DNA from: an uncultured Actinomycetes bacterium
GTDB lineage: Bacteria > Actinomycetota > Thermoleophilia > Solirubrobacterales > Solirubrobacteraceae
Length of the DNA stretch: 64,000 nucleotides
Direction: 5' to 3'
NCBI GenBank assembly: GCA_963740895.1
Contig: CAVUFQ010000004.1
Coordinates: 286,671 to 350,670 of the forward strand
This document shows, piece by piece, positions 1-8,367 of this stretch. A program made the position numbers and the translations under genes. The notes under the pieces are model-generated. The model was not told where the DNA came from. It saw only the letters and a list, made by a program, of their open reading frames with translations, and ran no database searches. The first letter of the stretch is position 1. Every line of letters starts with the position of its first letter.

Positions 1-698
1 GCGCGCAGGGCGGCGCCGGCGCTGCGCTTCGCGCGCGCCTCGAACCAGCGCCCGGCGAGCAGGAACGTCACGACGACGCCGACGGCCTCGAAGTAGACGT
101 TGCCGGCATGCGCGCCGCGCTCGGGGATGAGCGTCAGCGTGTGGCGCAGGCCGGGATCGCCGGCGCCGAGGAAGAGCAGCGAGACGACCGACCAGGCCCA
201 GGCGGCGATCGTCCCGATCGAGATGAGCGTGTCCATCGTCGCCGTGCCGTGGCGCAGATTCGTCCAGGCGGCGCGGTGAAACGGCCAGGCCGCCCAGAAG
301 AGGACCGGTGTCGCGAACTGCAGCGAGATCCACTGCCAGTTGTCGAACTGCAGCGCGGGGACCATCCCGAGCGCCACGAGCGGGACCGACGCGGCGGCCG
401 AGAAGTACAGACGGCGGCGCAGGTCGGCGACCGGATCGTGGGCATGCTCCTGCGCGACCGGGCTCGCCGACGGCAGGATCGCGCCGTAGCCGGCCTGCTC
501 GATCGCGGCGACGAGGTCGTCGGGCGTCGCCGAGGAGGGCGCGTAGTCGACCGTCGCGCGCTCGGTCGCGTAGTTCACCGTCGCCGCGACGCCGTCGAGG
601 CGGTTCAGGCGCTTCTCGACGCGGGCGGCGCAGGAGGCGCACGTCATGCCGCTGATCGGCAGCTCGAGGTGCTCGGTCGTTTCCGGCGCGGTGCTCAC
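1..698 (-). CDS. copA: Copper-translocating P1B-type ATPase, N-terminal part (3' end lies beyond the window start)
   Basis: Not in the ORF track because it is open at the window edge. My reverse-strand translation from GTG (698-696) reads VSTAPETTEHLELPISGMTCASCAARVEKRLNRLDGVAATVNYATERATVDYA (HMA domain, GMTCxxC). It continues ...LRRRLYFSAAASVPLVALGMVPALQFDNWQWISLQFATPVLFWAAWPFHRAAWTNLRHG..., typical of CopA transmembrane helices. The frame stays open to nt 1. GTGA overlap with the stop of the upstream gene. Confidence 0.85.
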   Translation of the reverse strand, partial: MSTAPETTEHLELPISGMTCASCAARVEKRLNRLDGVAATVNYATERATVDYAPSSATPDDLVAAIEQAGYGAILPSASPVAQEHAHDPVADLRRRLYFSAAASVPLVALGMVPALQFDNWQWISLQFATPVLFWAAWPFHRAAWTNLRHGTATMDTLISIGTIAAWAWSVVSLLFLGAGDPGLRHTLTLIPERGAHAGNVYFEAVGVVVTFLLAGRWFEARAKRSAGAALR

Positions 699-1543
699 GG
701 GCCGATCCTGCGCGTGAAGGCGGCGGTGTGCACGCGCCCGCCGTGGCGGAACTGGAGGAAGAGGCGGTGGCTGCCGGGCGCGCTGCCGGCGCTCGAGAAC
801 GCGATCTCGCCGGGCGCGCCGGTCGCGGCGAGCGGGTGGACGTGCTCGTAGGCGAGGTCGCTCGCGCGCAGGGCGACGAGATGGCCGCGGGCGCCGAGGT
901 AGGGCTGCAGGTCGGCGACCGGCGCGCCGCCGCGGCTGACGGTGAAGCGCACGCCGCCGCGCGCGGCCGCGCGCAGCGTCACGTCGTAGCCGTCGGTGCG
1001 GGCGGTCGCCGACGGGGCCGGCAGCGGGCGCGGCGTCGACGGGCCCGGGGCGAGCAGGCCGACGGCGAGCGTGCGGCGCGTGCCGGCGCTGCTGAAGTCG
1101 GCGTAGGCGCGGTAGCTGCCGGCCGTGGGGAGCCGCAGCGGCGTCGTCCAGGCGCCGGTCGCCGTCTGGGTGGGGTGCAGGTGCTGGAACCCGGAGAGGT
1201 CGCGGCGGACGACGATGAGGTGCATGCGCCGCGCCTGCTCGCGGTCGAAGGCGCGGACCGTCCGGCCCGTGTCGTCGGCGATGGTGAACGCGAAGCGGCC
1301 GGTCCGGCCGGGGGCGAGCCGCGTCGTCGCGGGGACGAGCAGCAGGCCGTCCTGCTGGGCCGACAGGCCGGCGGGGGCCGCCGCCGCGTGGGGGTGGGCC
1401 GGCGCGTGCGCGTGACCGGCCGCCGCGGCGTGCGCGCTGGGCGCGTCGGTCCCGGGGTCGACCGCCCGTCCGGCGACGGCGGCGACGGCGAATACGACCG
1501 CGAGCAGCACGGCGAAGCCCGCCACGCGGACGCCTGCGCTCAT
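695..1543 (-). CDS. Membrane-anchored or secreted His-rich protein, putative copper-handling accessory protein (uncharacterised)
   Basis: In-frame ATG at 1543 inside track ORF 695..2047; the upstream part of that ORF is an Arg-rich shadow. Hydrophobic N-terminus VRVAGFAVLLAVVFAVAAVAG, His/Ala stretch HAAAAGHAHAPAHPH, and two similar halves carrying FQHLHP and YEHVHP. ATGA overlap with the copZ stop and GTGA overlap with the copA start. Confidence 0.65.
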   Translation of the reverse strand: MSAGVRVAGFAVLLAVVFAVAAVAGRAVDPGTDAPSAHAAAAGHAHAPAHPHAAAAPAGLSAQQDGLLLVPATTRLAPGRTGRFAFTIADDTGRTVRAFDREQARRMHLIVVRRDLSGFQHLHPTQTATGAWTTPLRLPTAGSYRAYADFSSAGTRRTLAVGLLAPGPSTPRPLPAPSATARTDGYDVTLRAAARGGVRFTVSRGGAPVADLQPYLGARGHLVALRASDLAYEHVHPLAATGAPGEIAFSSAGSAPGSHRLFLQFRHGGRVHTAAFTRRIGP

Positions 1544-1749
1544 GTCTTCAGCGCGTACCCGGCCTCGTCGACGGCGGCCTCGATCGCGGCGTCGTCGAAC
1601 GTCTCGCCGGCGACGGTGAGCTGCTTTGAGTCGAGGTCGACGTCGACCGCGCGGACGCCCGGGACCTGGAGGACCTCCTCCATGACGGCCTTCTTGCAGT
1701 GGCCGCAGGTCATGCCGGTGACGGTGTAGGTGCGCTTGGGAAGAGACAT
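1540..1749 (-). CDS. copZ: Copper chaperone, heavy-metal-associated domain protein
   Basis: Internal ATG (1749) of track ORF 1540..1812 gives MSLPKRTYTVTGMTCGHCKKAVMEEVLQVPGV..., a 69-aa HMA fold with the MTCxHC motif. Sits in an operon with copA. Confidence 0.85.
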   Translation of the reverse strand: MSLPKRTYTVTGMTCGHCKKAVMEEVLQVPGVRAVDVDLDSKQLTVAGETFDDAAIEAAVDEAGYALKT

Positions 1750-1775
1750 TGGGCACATTCCGATCGATACGGGAC

Positions 1776-1819
1776 GGGGGTATTGGCGCGACCGGGCGTA
1801 GTATACCCCCATGGGGTAC
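1776..1819. promoter_or_regulatory. Putative CsoR operator in the csoR/copZ divergent promoter region
   Basis: Perfect inverted repeat TACCCC-CAT-GGGGTA at 1804-1818, plus an outer GGGGGTAT (1776-1783) / ATACCCCC (1803-1810) repeat. It lies 17 nt upstream of the csoR GTG and 55 nt upstream of the copZ ATG. GC-rich TACCCC..GGGGTA palindromes are the known CsoR operator type. Confidence 0.55.
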
Positions 1820-1834
1820 GCTACTCTCTAGCTC

Positions 1835-2143
1835 GTGGCCACCTCCGAGGACACGCCCCCGCCCCCGATCCGCGGCTACACCGCGAGCAAGGACCAGCTC
1901 CTGGCCCGCCTGCGGCGGATCGAGGGCCAGGTGCGCGGCATCGAGCGCATGGTCGTCGACGACCGCTACTGCATCGACGTTCTGACGCAGATCTCGGCGG
2001 CGCAGGCGGCGCTGGACAAGGTCGCGCTCGGGCTCCTCGACGGGCACGCGCGCTCCTGCGTGCTGCCGGCCGAGGGCGAGCTGCGCGCCGACCGCACCGA
2101 CGAGCTGATGGCCGCCGTCGGCCGGCTCGTCAAGCGCGGGTGA
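1835..2143 (+). CDS. csoR: CsoR-family copper-sensing transcriptional repressor
   Basis: 102 aa: ...GYTASKDQLLARLRRIEGQVRGIERMVVDDRYCIDVLTQISAAQAALDKVALGLLDGHARSC. This is the CsoR/RcnR (DUF156) signature with the C-H-C ligand pattern. Divergent from copZ-copA. Confidence 0.85.
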   Translation: MATSEDTPPPPIRGYTASKDQLLARLRRIEGQVRGIERMVVDDRYCIDVLTQISAAQAALDKVALGLLDGHARSCVLPAEGELRADRTDELMAAVGRLVKRG

Positions 2144-2478
2144 CCGCCGCCGAGACGCTCGCGGCCTACGCCGCGACGGCCGCGCGCTGGCACGACCTGC
2201 GCGGCGACGCGCGCGCCGCGAACGTGCAGTTCGACGACAACGCGCGCCTGGCGGCGCTGCTGCGCGCGTCCGACGAGGGCCGGGCGGGCATCGCGGGGCT
2301 CATGGCCCATCCGGCGAGTGGCGTGCGGGTCCTCGCGGCGGCCCACAGCCTCGACAGCCCCGCGGCGAGCGCGCGCGCCGTCGCCGTGCTCGAGGCGCTC
2401 GAGGCCGGGACCGGTCTGCACGCGATCGCCGCCGAGCACGCGCTGGCGGAGTTCCGCGCGGGCACGCTCGAGCTCTGA
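2140..2478 (+). CDS. Hypothetical helical protein (112 aa), translationally coupled to csoR
   Basis: GTG at 2140 overlaps the csoR TGA (GTGA), in frame with the tail of track ORF 1699..2478: VTAAETLAAYAATAARWHDLRGDARAANVQFDDNARLAALLRASDEGRAG... Alanine-rich and helical; possibly DUF2019-like, but I cannot verify that. Confidence 0.4.
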   Translation: MTAAETLAAYAATAARWHDLRGDARAANVQFDDNARLAALLRASDEGRAGIAGLMAHPASGVRVLAAAHSLDSPAASARAVAVLEALEAGTGLHAIAAEHALAEFRAGTLEL

Positions 2479-2533
2479 GGCGTCGCTCGCGAACAGCATC
2501 GGTGAGGAACGGGTCGGGCGAGAGCAGTTCGCG

Positions 2534-2588
2534 CGGGGGGTGCGCCGGATTTGTAAGCCTGACGCTGACAGATCCGGCGCACCCCCCG
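2534..2588. terminator. Strong hairpin between convergent genes (candidate bidirectional intrinsic terminator)
   Basis: CGGGGGGTGCGCCGGAT (2534-2550) pairs perfectly with ATCCGGCGCACCCCCCG (2572-2588): a 17-bp stem and 21-nt loop. There is no U-tract, as is common in high-GC actinobacteria. Confidence 0.45.
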
Positions 2589-2691
2589 GGAACCGGCGCG
2601 ATCGACCTCGGCGGCGGCTTCCCGTTCCCCTCATCGATGCGGTAGACGCGGAGCTCCGCAACCAGGCGCAACAGGGTGGGCCGCCGTGCGG

Positions 2692-3903
2692 TCAGTCCGT
2701 TGCCTCTGCGTCCTCCCGGTGGACCCGCAGCGCCAGCGCCAGCTCGAAGCGCGCCTCGGGGTCGTCGAGCGCGGGACCGAGCGCCTCGCGCAGCTGGGCG
2801 AGGCGATAGCGGACCGTCTGGGGGTGGACGCCGAGCGCGCGGGCGGTCTCGTCGATCCGGCCCTGAAGGTCGAGCCAGGCGCGCAGCGTCTGCATCAGCC
2901 GCCCCCGCGGGCCGGGCTTCAGCGCGTCCAGCGGCGCCAGGCGCGCGGCCGCGAGCTCGCTCGCCAGGCGCGTGTCGGCGTGCAGCAGCAGCTCGGACGC
3001 GTGCTCGGCGGCGACGACGAGGCCCTCGCCCGTGAGCGCGCCCGCGGCGCGCAGGTCCAGCGCCCGGCGCGCGCGCTCGACGCTGCGCGCAGCCGCCGTG
3101 GCGGCGACCGTCGGGCCGAGCGCGGCGGCGCGCGATCCGACCGCCTCCTGCACGAGCGCCCGGCGGCGGGGGGCGTCGGGATCGCCGACGAACGCGAGTA
3201 CCCGTCCGCCGCGGCGGCCCGCCGGCGCCCCGTCGCCGCTCTCCAGCGGGCCCGCGAGCGTGCCGGGCCCGAGCCGGCTCGCGAGCCGCTCGGGGTCGAT
3301 GCCCTCGACGACGAGCGCCGCCAGGCGCGACGGTGGCGCCCAGGCGGCGCGCACGGCGGCGGCGCGGATGGCCTCGGGCGGCGGCGGCGGCTCGGCCGCG
3401 AGCAGCAGCACGAGCTGCGCGCGCCGGCGCTGGCGCTCGCCGGCGGCGGCCGACTGCTCGGTCGCGTAGCCCTCGATCGACTCGCTGGAGATCTCGTCGA
3501 TGTAGGCGAAGATCGCCTCGCCGAGGCGGTAGAGCGTCGCCGGCTCGAGGCCCGCGCGGGTGCCGGCCTCGACGAAGCGCCGCCACGCGATCTGGGCGCC
3601 GACGCGGTAGGCGGCGAGCAGCGCGCCGAGCGTGCGGCCCTCGCGCATCTCCAGGCGGCCCAGCTCGACGTAGATGCGGCGGTCGCGGTCGCTGACGGAC
3701 CCCGCCTGCTCGATCGAGTCGACGAACCGCCGCAGCGCGCGCTCGGTGCCGTAGCGCAGCGTGACGCCGAGCCGGCCCTCGAGCGGGCGCGAGTAGTCCG
3801 GCACCTCGCGGCCGATCGCGCGGATCGTCTCCGCGGCCAGATCGGGCAGAACCGGGCGCAATACTGCTGCAACCTCGGGTGGTATTCCATCCATTTGCGC
3901 CAA
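2692..3903 (-). CDS. PucR-family transcriptional regulator
   Basis: 403 aa. The C-terminus ...RLMQTLRAWLDLQGRIDETARALGVHPQTVRYRLAQLREALG is the PucR C-terminal HTH signature. Divergent from the desaturase gene across an AT-richer 76-nt spacer. Confidence 0.85.
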   Translation of the reverse strand: MAQMDGIPPEVAAVLRPVLPDLAAETIRAIGREVPDYSRPLEGRLGVTLRYGTERALRRFVDSIEQAGSVSDRDRRIYVELGRLEMREGRTLGALLAAYRVGAQIAWRRFVEAGTRAGLEPATLYRLGEAIFAYIDEISSESIEGYATEQSAAAGERQRRRAQLVLLLAAEPPPPPEAIRAAAVRAAWAPPSRLAALVVEGIDPERLASRLGPGTLAGPLESGDGAPAGRRGGRVLAFVGDPDAPRRRALVQEAVGSRAAALGPTVAATAAARSVERARRALDLRAAGALTGEGLVVAAEHASELLLHADTRLASELAAARLAPLDALKPGPRGRLMQTLRAWLDLQGRIDETARALGVHPQTVRYRLAQLREALGPALDDPEARFELALALRVHREDAEATD

Positions 3904-3979
3904 ACCTACACATTACGAGCGCGATTGCCAGAGAAATGCCACAAGAACTCCCCAAAGGTTGGTCAGTAGCCTCAATCCC

Positions 3980-4885
3980 ATGAACAAGCTCACCCGTTAC
4001 GCCAACCTCGGCGCTGTCGTGCTCCCGTTCATCGCGTTCGTCGTCGCCGTCGTCCTGCTCTGGAACAAGTCCGTCGACGCCATCGACATCGGGATCCTCG
4101 TGCTCATGTACACCGTGACCGGCTTCGGGATCACCGTCGGGTATCACCGCCTGCTGACGCATCGCGCGTTCCAGACGAGCAAGCCCGTCGAGTACGCGTT
4201 CGCGATCGCCGGCAGCATGGCCCTCGAGGGCCCGCCGATCGCCTGGGTCGCCGACCACCGGCTGCACCACGCGCACACCGACGAGGAGGGCGACCCGCAC
4301 AGCCCGCACCTCGGCGAGGGCTCGGGCTTCAAGGGCCTCTGGCACGCGCACAGCGGCTGGCTCATGAAGACGCAGGGCGGCGCGGAGTTCCGCAAGTACG
4401 CGCCCGACCTCTGCGAGGACAAGGGCATGCGCTGGATCAGCCGCAACTTCCTCGCCTTCGTCGCCCTCGGCCTCTTCATCCCGTTCTTCCTCGGCTTCGT
4501 GCTGCACGGCTTCTCGCTCACCGCGGCGCTCTGGACCCTGCTGTGGGCCGGCTTCGTGCGGATCTTCTTCATCCACCACGTCACGTGGTCGATCAACTCC
4601 GTCTGCCACTTCTTCGGGCGCCGTCGCTTCGACATCGAGGACAAGTCGACGAACGTCGCCTGGCTGGCGATCGTGACGTTCGGCGAGTCCTGGCACCACA
4701 ACCACCACGCCTTCCCGCGCTCGGCGCGCCAGGGCCTGGGGCGCTTCGAGGTCGACCTCTCGGCGATGCTCATCTGGACGATGGAGAAGGTCGGCATCGC
4801 GACCAACGTCGTGCGCATCACGCCCGAGCGCCAGAAGGAGAAGCTCGTCGGCGCGAAGTCCGCGAAGACCGCGGCCGCTGCCTGA
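3980..4885 (+). CDS. Membrane acyl-CoA (stearoyl-CoA-type) fatty acid desaturase
   Basis: Three His boxes: HRLLTH, HRLHHAH and HHNHHAF, with hydrophobic N-terminal helices. ATG 3980 is preferred over the TTG at 3959, but the start is uncertain. Confidence 0.85.
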   Translation: MNKLTRYANLGAVVLPFIAFVVAVVLLWNKSVDAIDIGILVLMYTVTGFGITVGYHRLLTHRAFQTSKPVEYAFAIAGSMALEGPPIAWVADHRLHHAHTDEEGDPHSPHLGEGSGFKGLWHAHSGWLMKTQGGAEFRKYAPDLCEDKGMRWISRNFLAFVALGLFIPFFLGFVLHGFSLTAALWTLLWAGFVRIFFIHHVTWSINSVCHFFGRRRFDIEDKSTNVAWLAIVTFGESWHHNHHAFPRSARQGLGRFEVDLSAMLIWTMEKVGIATNVVRITPERQKEKLVGAKSAKTAAAA

Positions 4886-4925
4886 CGCACGTCGCGCCGT
4901 GCCGCAGCGGTAGCGTTGCGGCGCA

Positions 4926-5210
4926 GTGAGCGCCTGGGACGACGACGCCGGCGGGGAGCAGCTCGAGCTCACGCTCGGGCCGCTGTACCTCGTCGTCGTC
5001 GACGACCGCGTGAGCAGCCAGCTCACGGGCCGCGCCGAGCGCACGTACCGCTCGCCGGCCCAGTCGCTGGAGGACGCGCGCCTGCTCGCCGCCCTCCTGC
5101 TCGATCGCGGGGGCGACCTCGAGGGCGACGGTCCCTGGCGGCGCCCGCTCGCGGGCGGGCTGCGGCGCGTGACGATCGTGCCCGCGCCGGTCGGCTCGCT
5201 CGGGCGCTGA
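4926..5210 (+). CDS. Hypothetical small protein (94 aa)
   Basis: Track ORF with a GTG start and no recognisable motif. It has non-shadow-like composition and is followed directly by a hairpin (5215-5232). Confidence 0.3.
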   Translation: MSAWDDDAGGEQLELTLGPLYLVVVDDRVSSQLTGRAERTYRSPAQSLEDARLLAALLLDRGGDLEGDGPWRRPLAGGLRRVTIVPAPVGSLGR

Positions 5211-5214
5211 GCGC

Positions 5215-5232
5215 TCCCCCCATGCGGGGGGA
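5215..5232. terminator. Short GC hairpin after the 4926..5210 ORF
   Basis: TCCCCCC-ATGC-GGGGGGA: a 7-bp stem and 4-nt loop, 5 nt after the TGA. Confidence 0.3.
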
Positions 5233-5272
5233 ACGCCTGTTGTTCTCGCGCACGGGTGGTCACGCTTGAGGC

Positions 5273-6766
5273 ATGAGCTCGCAACAACAGCCGCTCCCGA
5301 TCCGCGACCACGCTGCGCGCCTGTCCGTGCTCGACGGGTCGTTTCTGCGCGTGGAGTCCGACCACGCCCACATGCACATGGGCTTCAGCACGGTGTTCGC
5401 CGCACCGTCGGACCGCCCGCGTCCGTCCGTCGAGGCCCTGCGCGAGCGCGCGGCGAGCCGGCTGGACGAGGTGCCCTGGTGTCGCTGGCGCCTGGAGGGC
5501 GCGCCGCTGGGCCTCTCCGAGCCGCGCTGGGTCGCCGACGCGCGCTTCGACCTGCGCGCCCACATCGTCGAGCTGACGCCGCCCGAGGATCGCGTGACGT
5601 ACGACAGCTTCGAGGCCCTGCGGTCGTCGTTCTTCTCCACGCCGCTGGACCACGCGCGCCCGCTGTGGCAGATCTGCCTCGTCCCGCGACTGCGCGACGG
5701 GCGCGTCGCGCTCATCGGCAAGGTCCACCACGCCCTCGTCGACGGGATGGGCGCGCTGCAGTTCGCCAAGCTCATCTTCGACACCGAGCCCTGCCCGGAG
5801 CCGCGCCTCCCGCGGCCCGCGGCCGGGCATTGGCGCCCGCGCAGCCGCGCCGGCCGCGCCGGCTGGACGCGCGACGCCATCGCCCAGACGCTCGACGACG
5901 GCGTCGGCGTCCTGCGCGAGGGCGTGCGCGCGGTCAGCCGGCCCGAGGCGACGGCGGGCCGCGTCCTGCACCGCGCAAGGCTCATGATCGATGCGGTGCG
6001 CGAGGACGTGCTCCCGTCCGCTCCGCCGTCGGCGCTGAACGCGACGATCGGGTCGCGCCGCACGCTCGTGGGCTACCGCGCCGGCCGCGACGAGGTGCGC
6101 GCCGCGCGCGCCGGCGGCGGGACGCTCAACGACATCGGCATCACGATCGTCGCCGGGGCACTGCGGTCGCTCGCATTGCGCCGCGGCGAGGCGCCGGACG
6201 AGCCGCTGAAGGTCATGATCCCGGTCAGCACGCGGCGCATCGAGGACACCGCCGGCGGCAACCAGATCGCGATGGTGAGCATGCCGCTGCCCGTCCATCT
6301 GGCGAGCGCACGAGCGCGGCTGGACTGCGTCCGCGAGCAGACCCGGACCCTCAAGCACACCGACCGGCCCGCCGGCGTGAAGGCGCTCTACGAGGCGGCC
6401 GCGCTCGTACCGCCGATCCTGCGCTCGCCGGTCGCGCGGGCATTGTCCGGGCCGCGCCAGTTCAACCTCACGATCTCCAACCCGCCGGCGCCGCGGGGCT
6501 CGCTGTACCTGCTCGGGTGCGAGATGCAGGAGGTCTACAGCGTCGTCCCGATCCCCCAGGGCCACGCGCTGGCGATCGGGATGACCCGCTATCGCGGCGA
6601 GCTCTTCGTCGGCTGCTACGCCGACCCCGACGCGCTGCAGGACGTCGACGAGCTGCCACGGCTGCTGGAGGCCGAGCTGCGTGCCCTGACGGCGGTCGCG
6701 CCGCCGCCCCCGGTCGCGGTGCGCTCCAACGGCAACGGTCACCGCCAGGTGCTCGCCTCCGCCTGA
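5273..6766 (+). CDS. Wax ester synthase / acyl-CoA:diacylglycerol acyltransferase (WS/DGAT)
   Basis: 497 aa, N-terminal LSVLDGSFLRVES, and the catalytic HHALVDG (HHxxxDG) motif. Confidence 0.9.
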   Translation: MSSQQQPLPIRDHAARLSVLDGSFLRVESDHAHMHMGFSTVFAAPSDRPRPSVEALRERAASRLDEVPWCRWRLEGAPLGLSEPRWVADARFDLRAHIVELTPPEDRVTYDSFEALRSSFFSTPLDHARPLWQICLVPRLRDGRVALIGKVHHALVDGMGALQFAKLIFDTEPCPEPRLPRPAAGHWRPRSRAGRAGWTRDAIAQTLDDGVGVLREGVRAVSRPEATAGRVLHRARLMIDAVREDVLPSAPPSALNATIGSRRTLVGYRAGRDEVRAARAGGGTLNDIGITIVAGALRSLALRRGEAPDEPLKVMIPVSTRRIEDTAGGNQIAMVSMPLPVHLASARARLDCVREQTRTLKHTDRPAGVKALYEAAALVPPILRSPVARALSGPRQFNLTISNPPAPRGSLYLLGCEMQEVYSVVPIPQGHALAIGMTRYRGELFVGCYADPDALQDVDELPRLLEAELRALTAVAPPPPVAVRSNGNGHRQVLASA

Positions 6767-6769
6767 CGC

Positions 6770-7843
6770 CTACGCCGGCAGCTCCTCGGCCAGCCCGAAG
6801 GTCGCGTAGACCGCCGGCGTCATGACGCCGGCGACGCCCTCGCCGAAGCGCTCGTAGAGCCACGGCGCGAGGAACGCCGTGACCTCGTGCACGAGCTCGC
6901 CCCGCAGCGTCAGGACGTCGAGCACGGCGATCCGGTAGCGCCCGCGATCGGCGTCGAGGACGTAGCAGCCGACCGCGAGCTGGCCGTTGGCCCGCGTCGG
7001 GACGTGGCGCCAGCGCTCCTGCAGCGGATACTCGGTGAGGAACGCGGCGACGGTCTCGCGGCCGCGGAACCAGACGGGCAGCGGCGGCATCGACCACGTC
7101 GCGTCCTCGGTGAGCAGCGCGAGGACGCGATCCACGTCGCCGGACTGCAGCGCCGCCATGTAGTCGTCGACGATCTGCGCCAGCCGGGCGTCGCCGACGG
7201 TCCTCAGCGTCTGCTGCTGGCTGCGCTCCGGGAGCTTCTCGTCGACGGTCCTGCGCGCGCGCTGCAGCGCGCTGTTGACCGACGCGACGCTCGTGTCGAG
7301 CGCGTCGGCGACCTCGCGCGCGGAGAAGCCGAGGACGGCGCGCAGGATCAGCACCGCGCGCTGCTGGTCGGGCAGGTGCTGCAGCGCGGCGACGAACGCG
7401 AGCTCGACGCTCTCGCGCTGCTCGTAGCTCGCCTCCGGCGAGGCGAAGACGTCGCCGCCCAGCAGCTCGTCGGGGTAGGGCTCGATCCAGACGGACTCGG
7501 CCAGCGGGGTGCCGGGGGAGTCGTGCGGGTCGGCGCCGGGGCCGTAGTCGATCGGCAGCACGCGCCTGGGCCGCTTGCCGATCGCGTCGAGGCAGGTGTT
7601 CGTCGCGATGCGGTACAGCCACGAGCGCAGCGAGCTCTTGCCCTCGAAGCGGCGCATCCCGCGCCAGGCGCGCAGCAGCGCCTCCTGGAGCGCGTCCTCG
7701 GCGTCGTGGACGGAGCCCGTCATGCGGTAGCAGTGGGCGTGCAGCTCGTTGTGGCGAGGCTCGACGAGGCGCTGGAAGGCGCGCTCGTCGCCGTCGCGGG
7801 CCGCCGCCAGCAGCGCGCGCTCCTGTACGGGTGAGATCGCCAT
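6770..7843 (-). CDS. ECF sigma-70 factor with C-terminal SnoaL-like extension (SigJ/ECF41-like)
   Basis: Region 2 (HDAEDALQEALLRAWRG...SWLYRIATN) and region 4 (LPDQQRAVLILRAVLGFSAREVADALDTSVASVNSALQRARR), followed by an extension of about 150 aa. No adjacent anti-sigma gene. Confidence 0.85.
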   Translation of the reverse strand: MAISPVQERALLAAARDGDERAFQRLVEPRHNELHAHCYRMTGSVHDAEDALQEALLRAWRGMRRFEGKSSLRSWLYRIATNTCLDAIGKRPRRVLPIDYGPGADPHDSPGTPLAESVWIEPYPDELLGGDVFASPEASYEQRESVELAFVAALQHLPDQQRAVLILRAVLGFSAREVADALDTSVASVNSALQRARRTVDEKLPERSQQQTLRTVGDARLAQIVDDYMAALQSGDVDRVLALLTEDATWSMPPLPVWFRGRETVAAFLTEYPLQERWRHVPTRANGQLAVGCYVLDADRGRYRIAVLDVLTLRGELVHEVTAFLAPWLYERFGEGVAGVMTPAVYATFGLAEELPA

Positions 7844-7907
7844 GGCGCTTTCTCAGCCTATCCGCGATGAGTCCCGGCGCCGGCGCCGGTCGTCACGAGT
7901 GGAAGCG

Positions 7908-8306
7908 ATGACCCCTGCCCGCCCCAAGCCCGTGGTCCATCTGGAGCTGCACACCGGCGACCTGCCCGCCGCGTGCCGGTTCTACGCCGGCCTGTGCGGC
8001 TGGGAGGCGGAGCGGATCTGCGCCGCCGGCGCCACGTACTGGGCGCTCGGCCTCGACGGCGGCTTCGGCGGCGGCGGCGTCGTGCAGTGCGAGACGGCCC
8101 GGCCGCTGTGGCTGCCGTACGTCGAGGTGGCCGACGTCGCGGCGGTCACCGAGCGCGCGCAGGAGCTGGGGGCCGCGGTGCGCCTCGCGCCGCGCGAGGG
8201 ACCGGCCGGCTGGCGCAGCGTCGTCGCCGCCCCGGCGGGCGGCGAGGTCGCGCTCTGGCAGCCGAAGGACTCAAACCGGCGCAGGAGATCGCGCCGCGAC
8301 CGATGA
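7908..8306 (+). CDS. VOC (glyoxalase/bleomycin-resistance fold) family protein
   Basis: ATG 7908 inside track ORF 7749..8306: MTPARPKPVVHLELHTGDLPAACRFYAGLCGWEAE...WLPYVEVADVAAVTERAQELGA. The earlier ATG at 7842 would overlap the sigma gene start. Confidence 0.6.
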   Translation: MTPARPKPVVHLELHTGDLPAACRFYAGLCGWEAERICAAGATYWALGLDGGFGGGGVVQCETARPLWLPYVEVADVAAVTERAQELGAAVRLAPREGPAGWRSVVAAPAGGEVALWQPKDSNRRRRSRRDR

Positions 8307-8367
8307 GTTCGGTGCGGCCCGCCGGTCTGTGTTGCAAAATGGCCCCTCGAACGCCGGAGAGGATCGG

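Noticed and set aside
2300-6742. 1480-aa minus-strand ORF, the longest in the track
   Set aside because: Arg/Ala/Pro/Gly-dominated low-complexity translation. It runs antisense or out of frame across four well-supported genes (PucR regulator, desaturase, small ORF, WS/DGAT). This is a typical high-GC shadow ORF with few stop codons.
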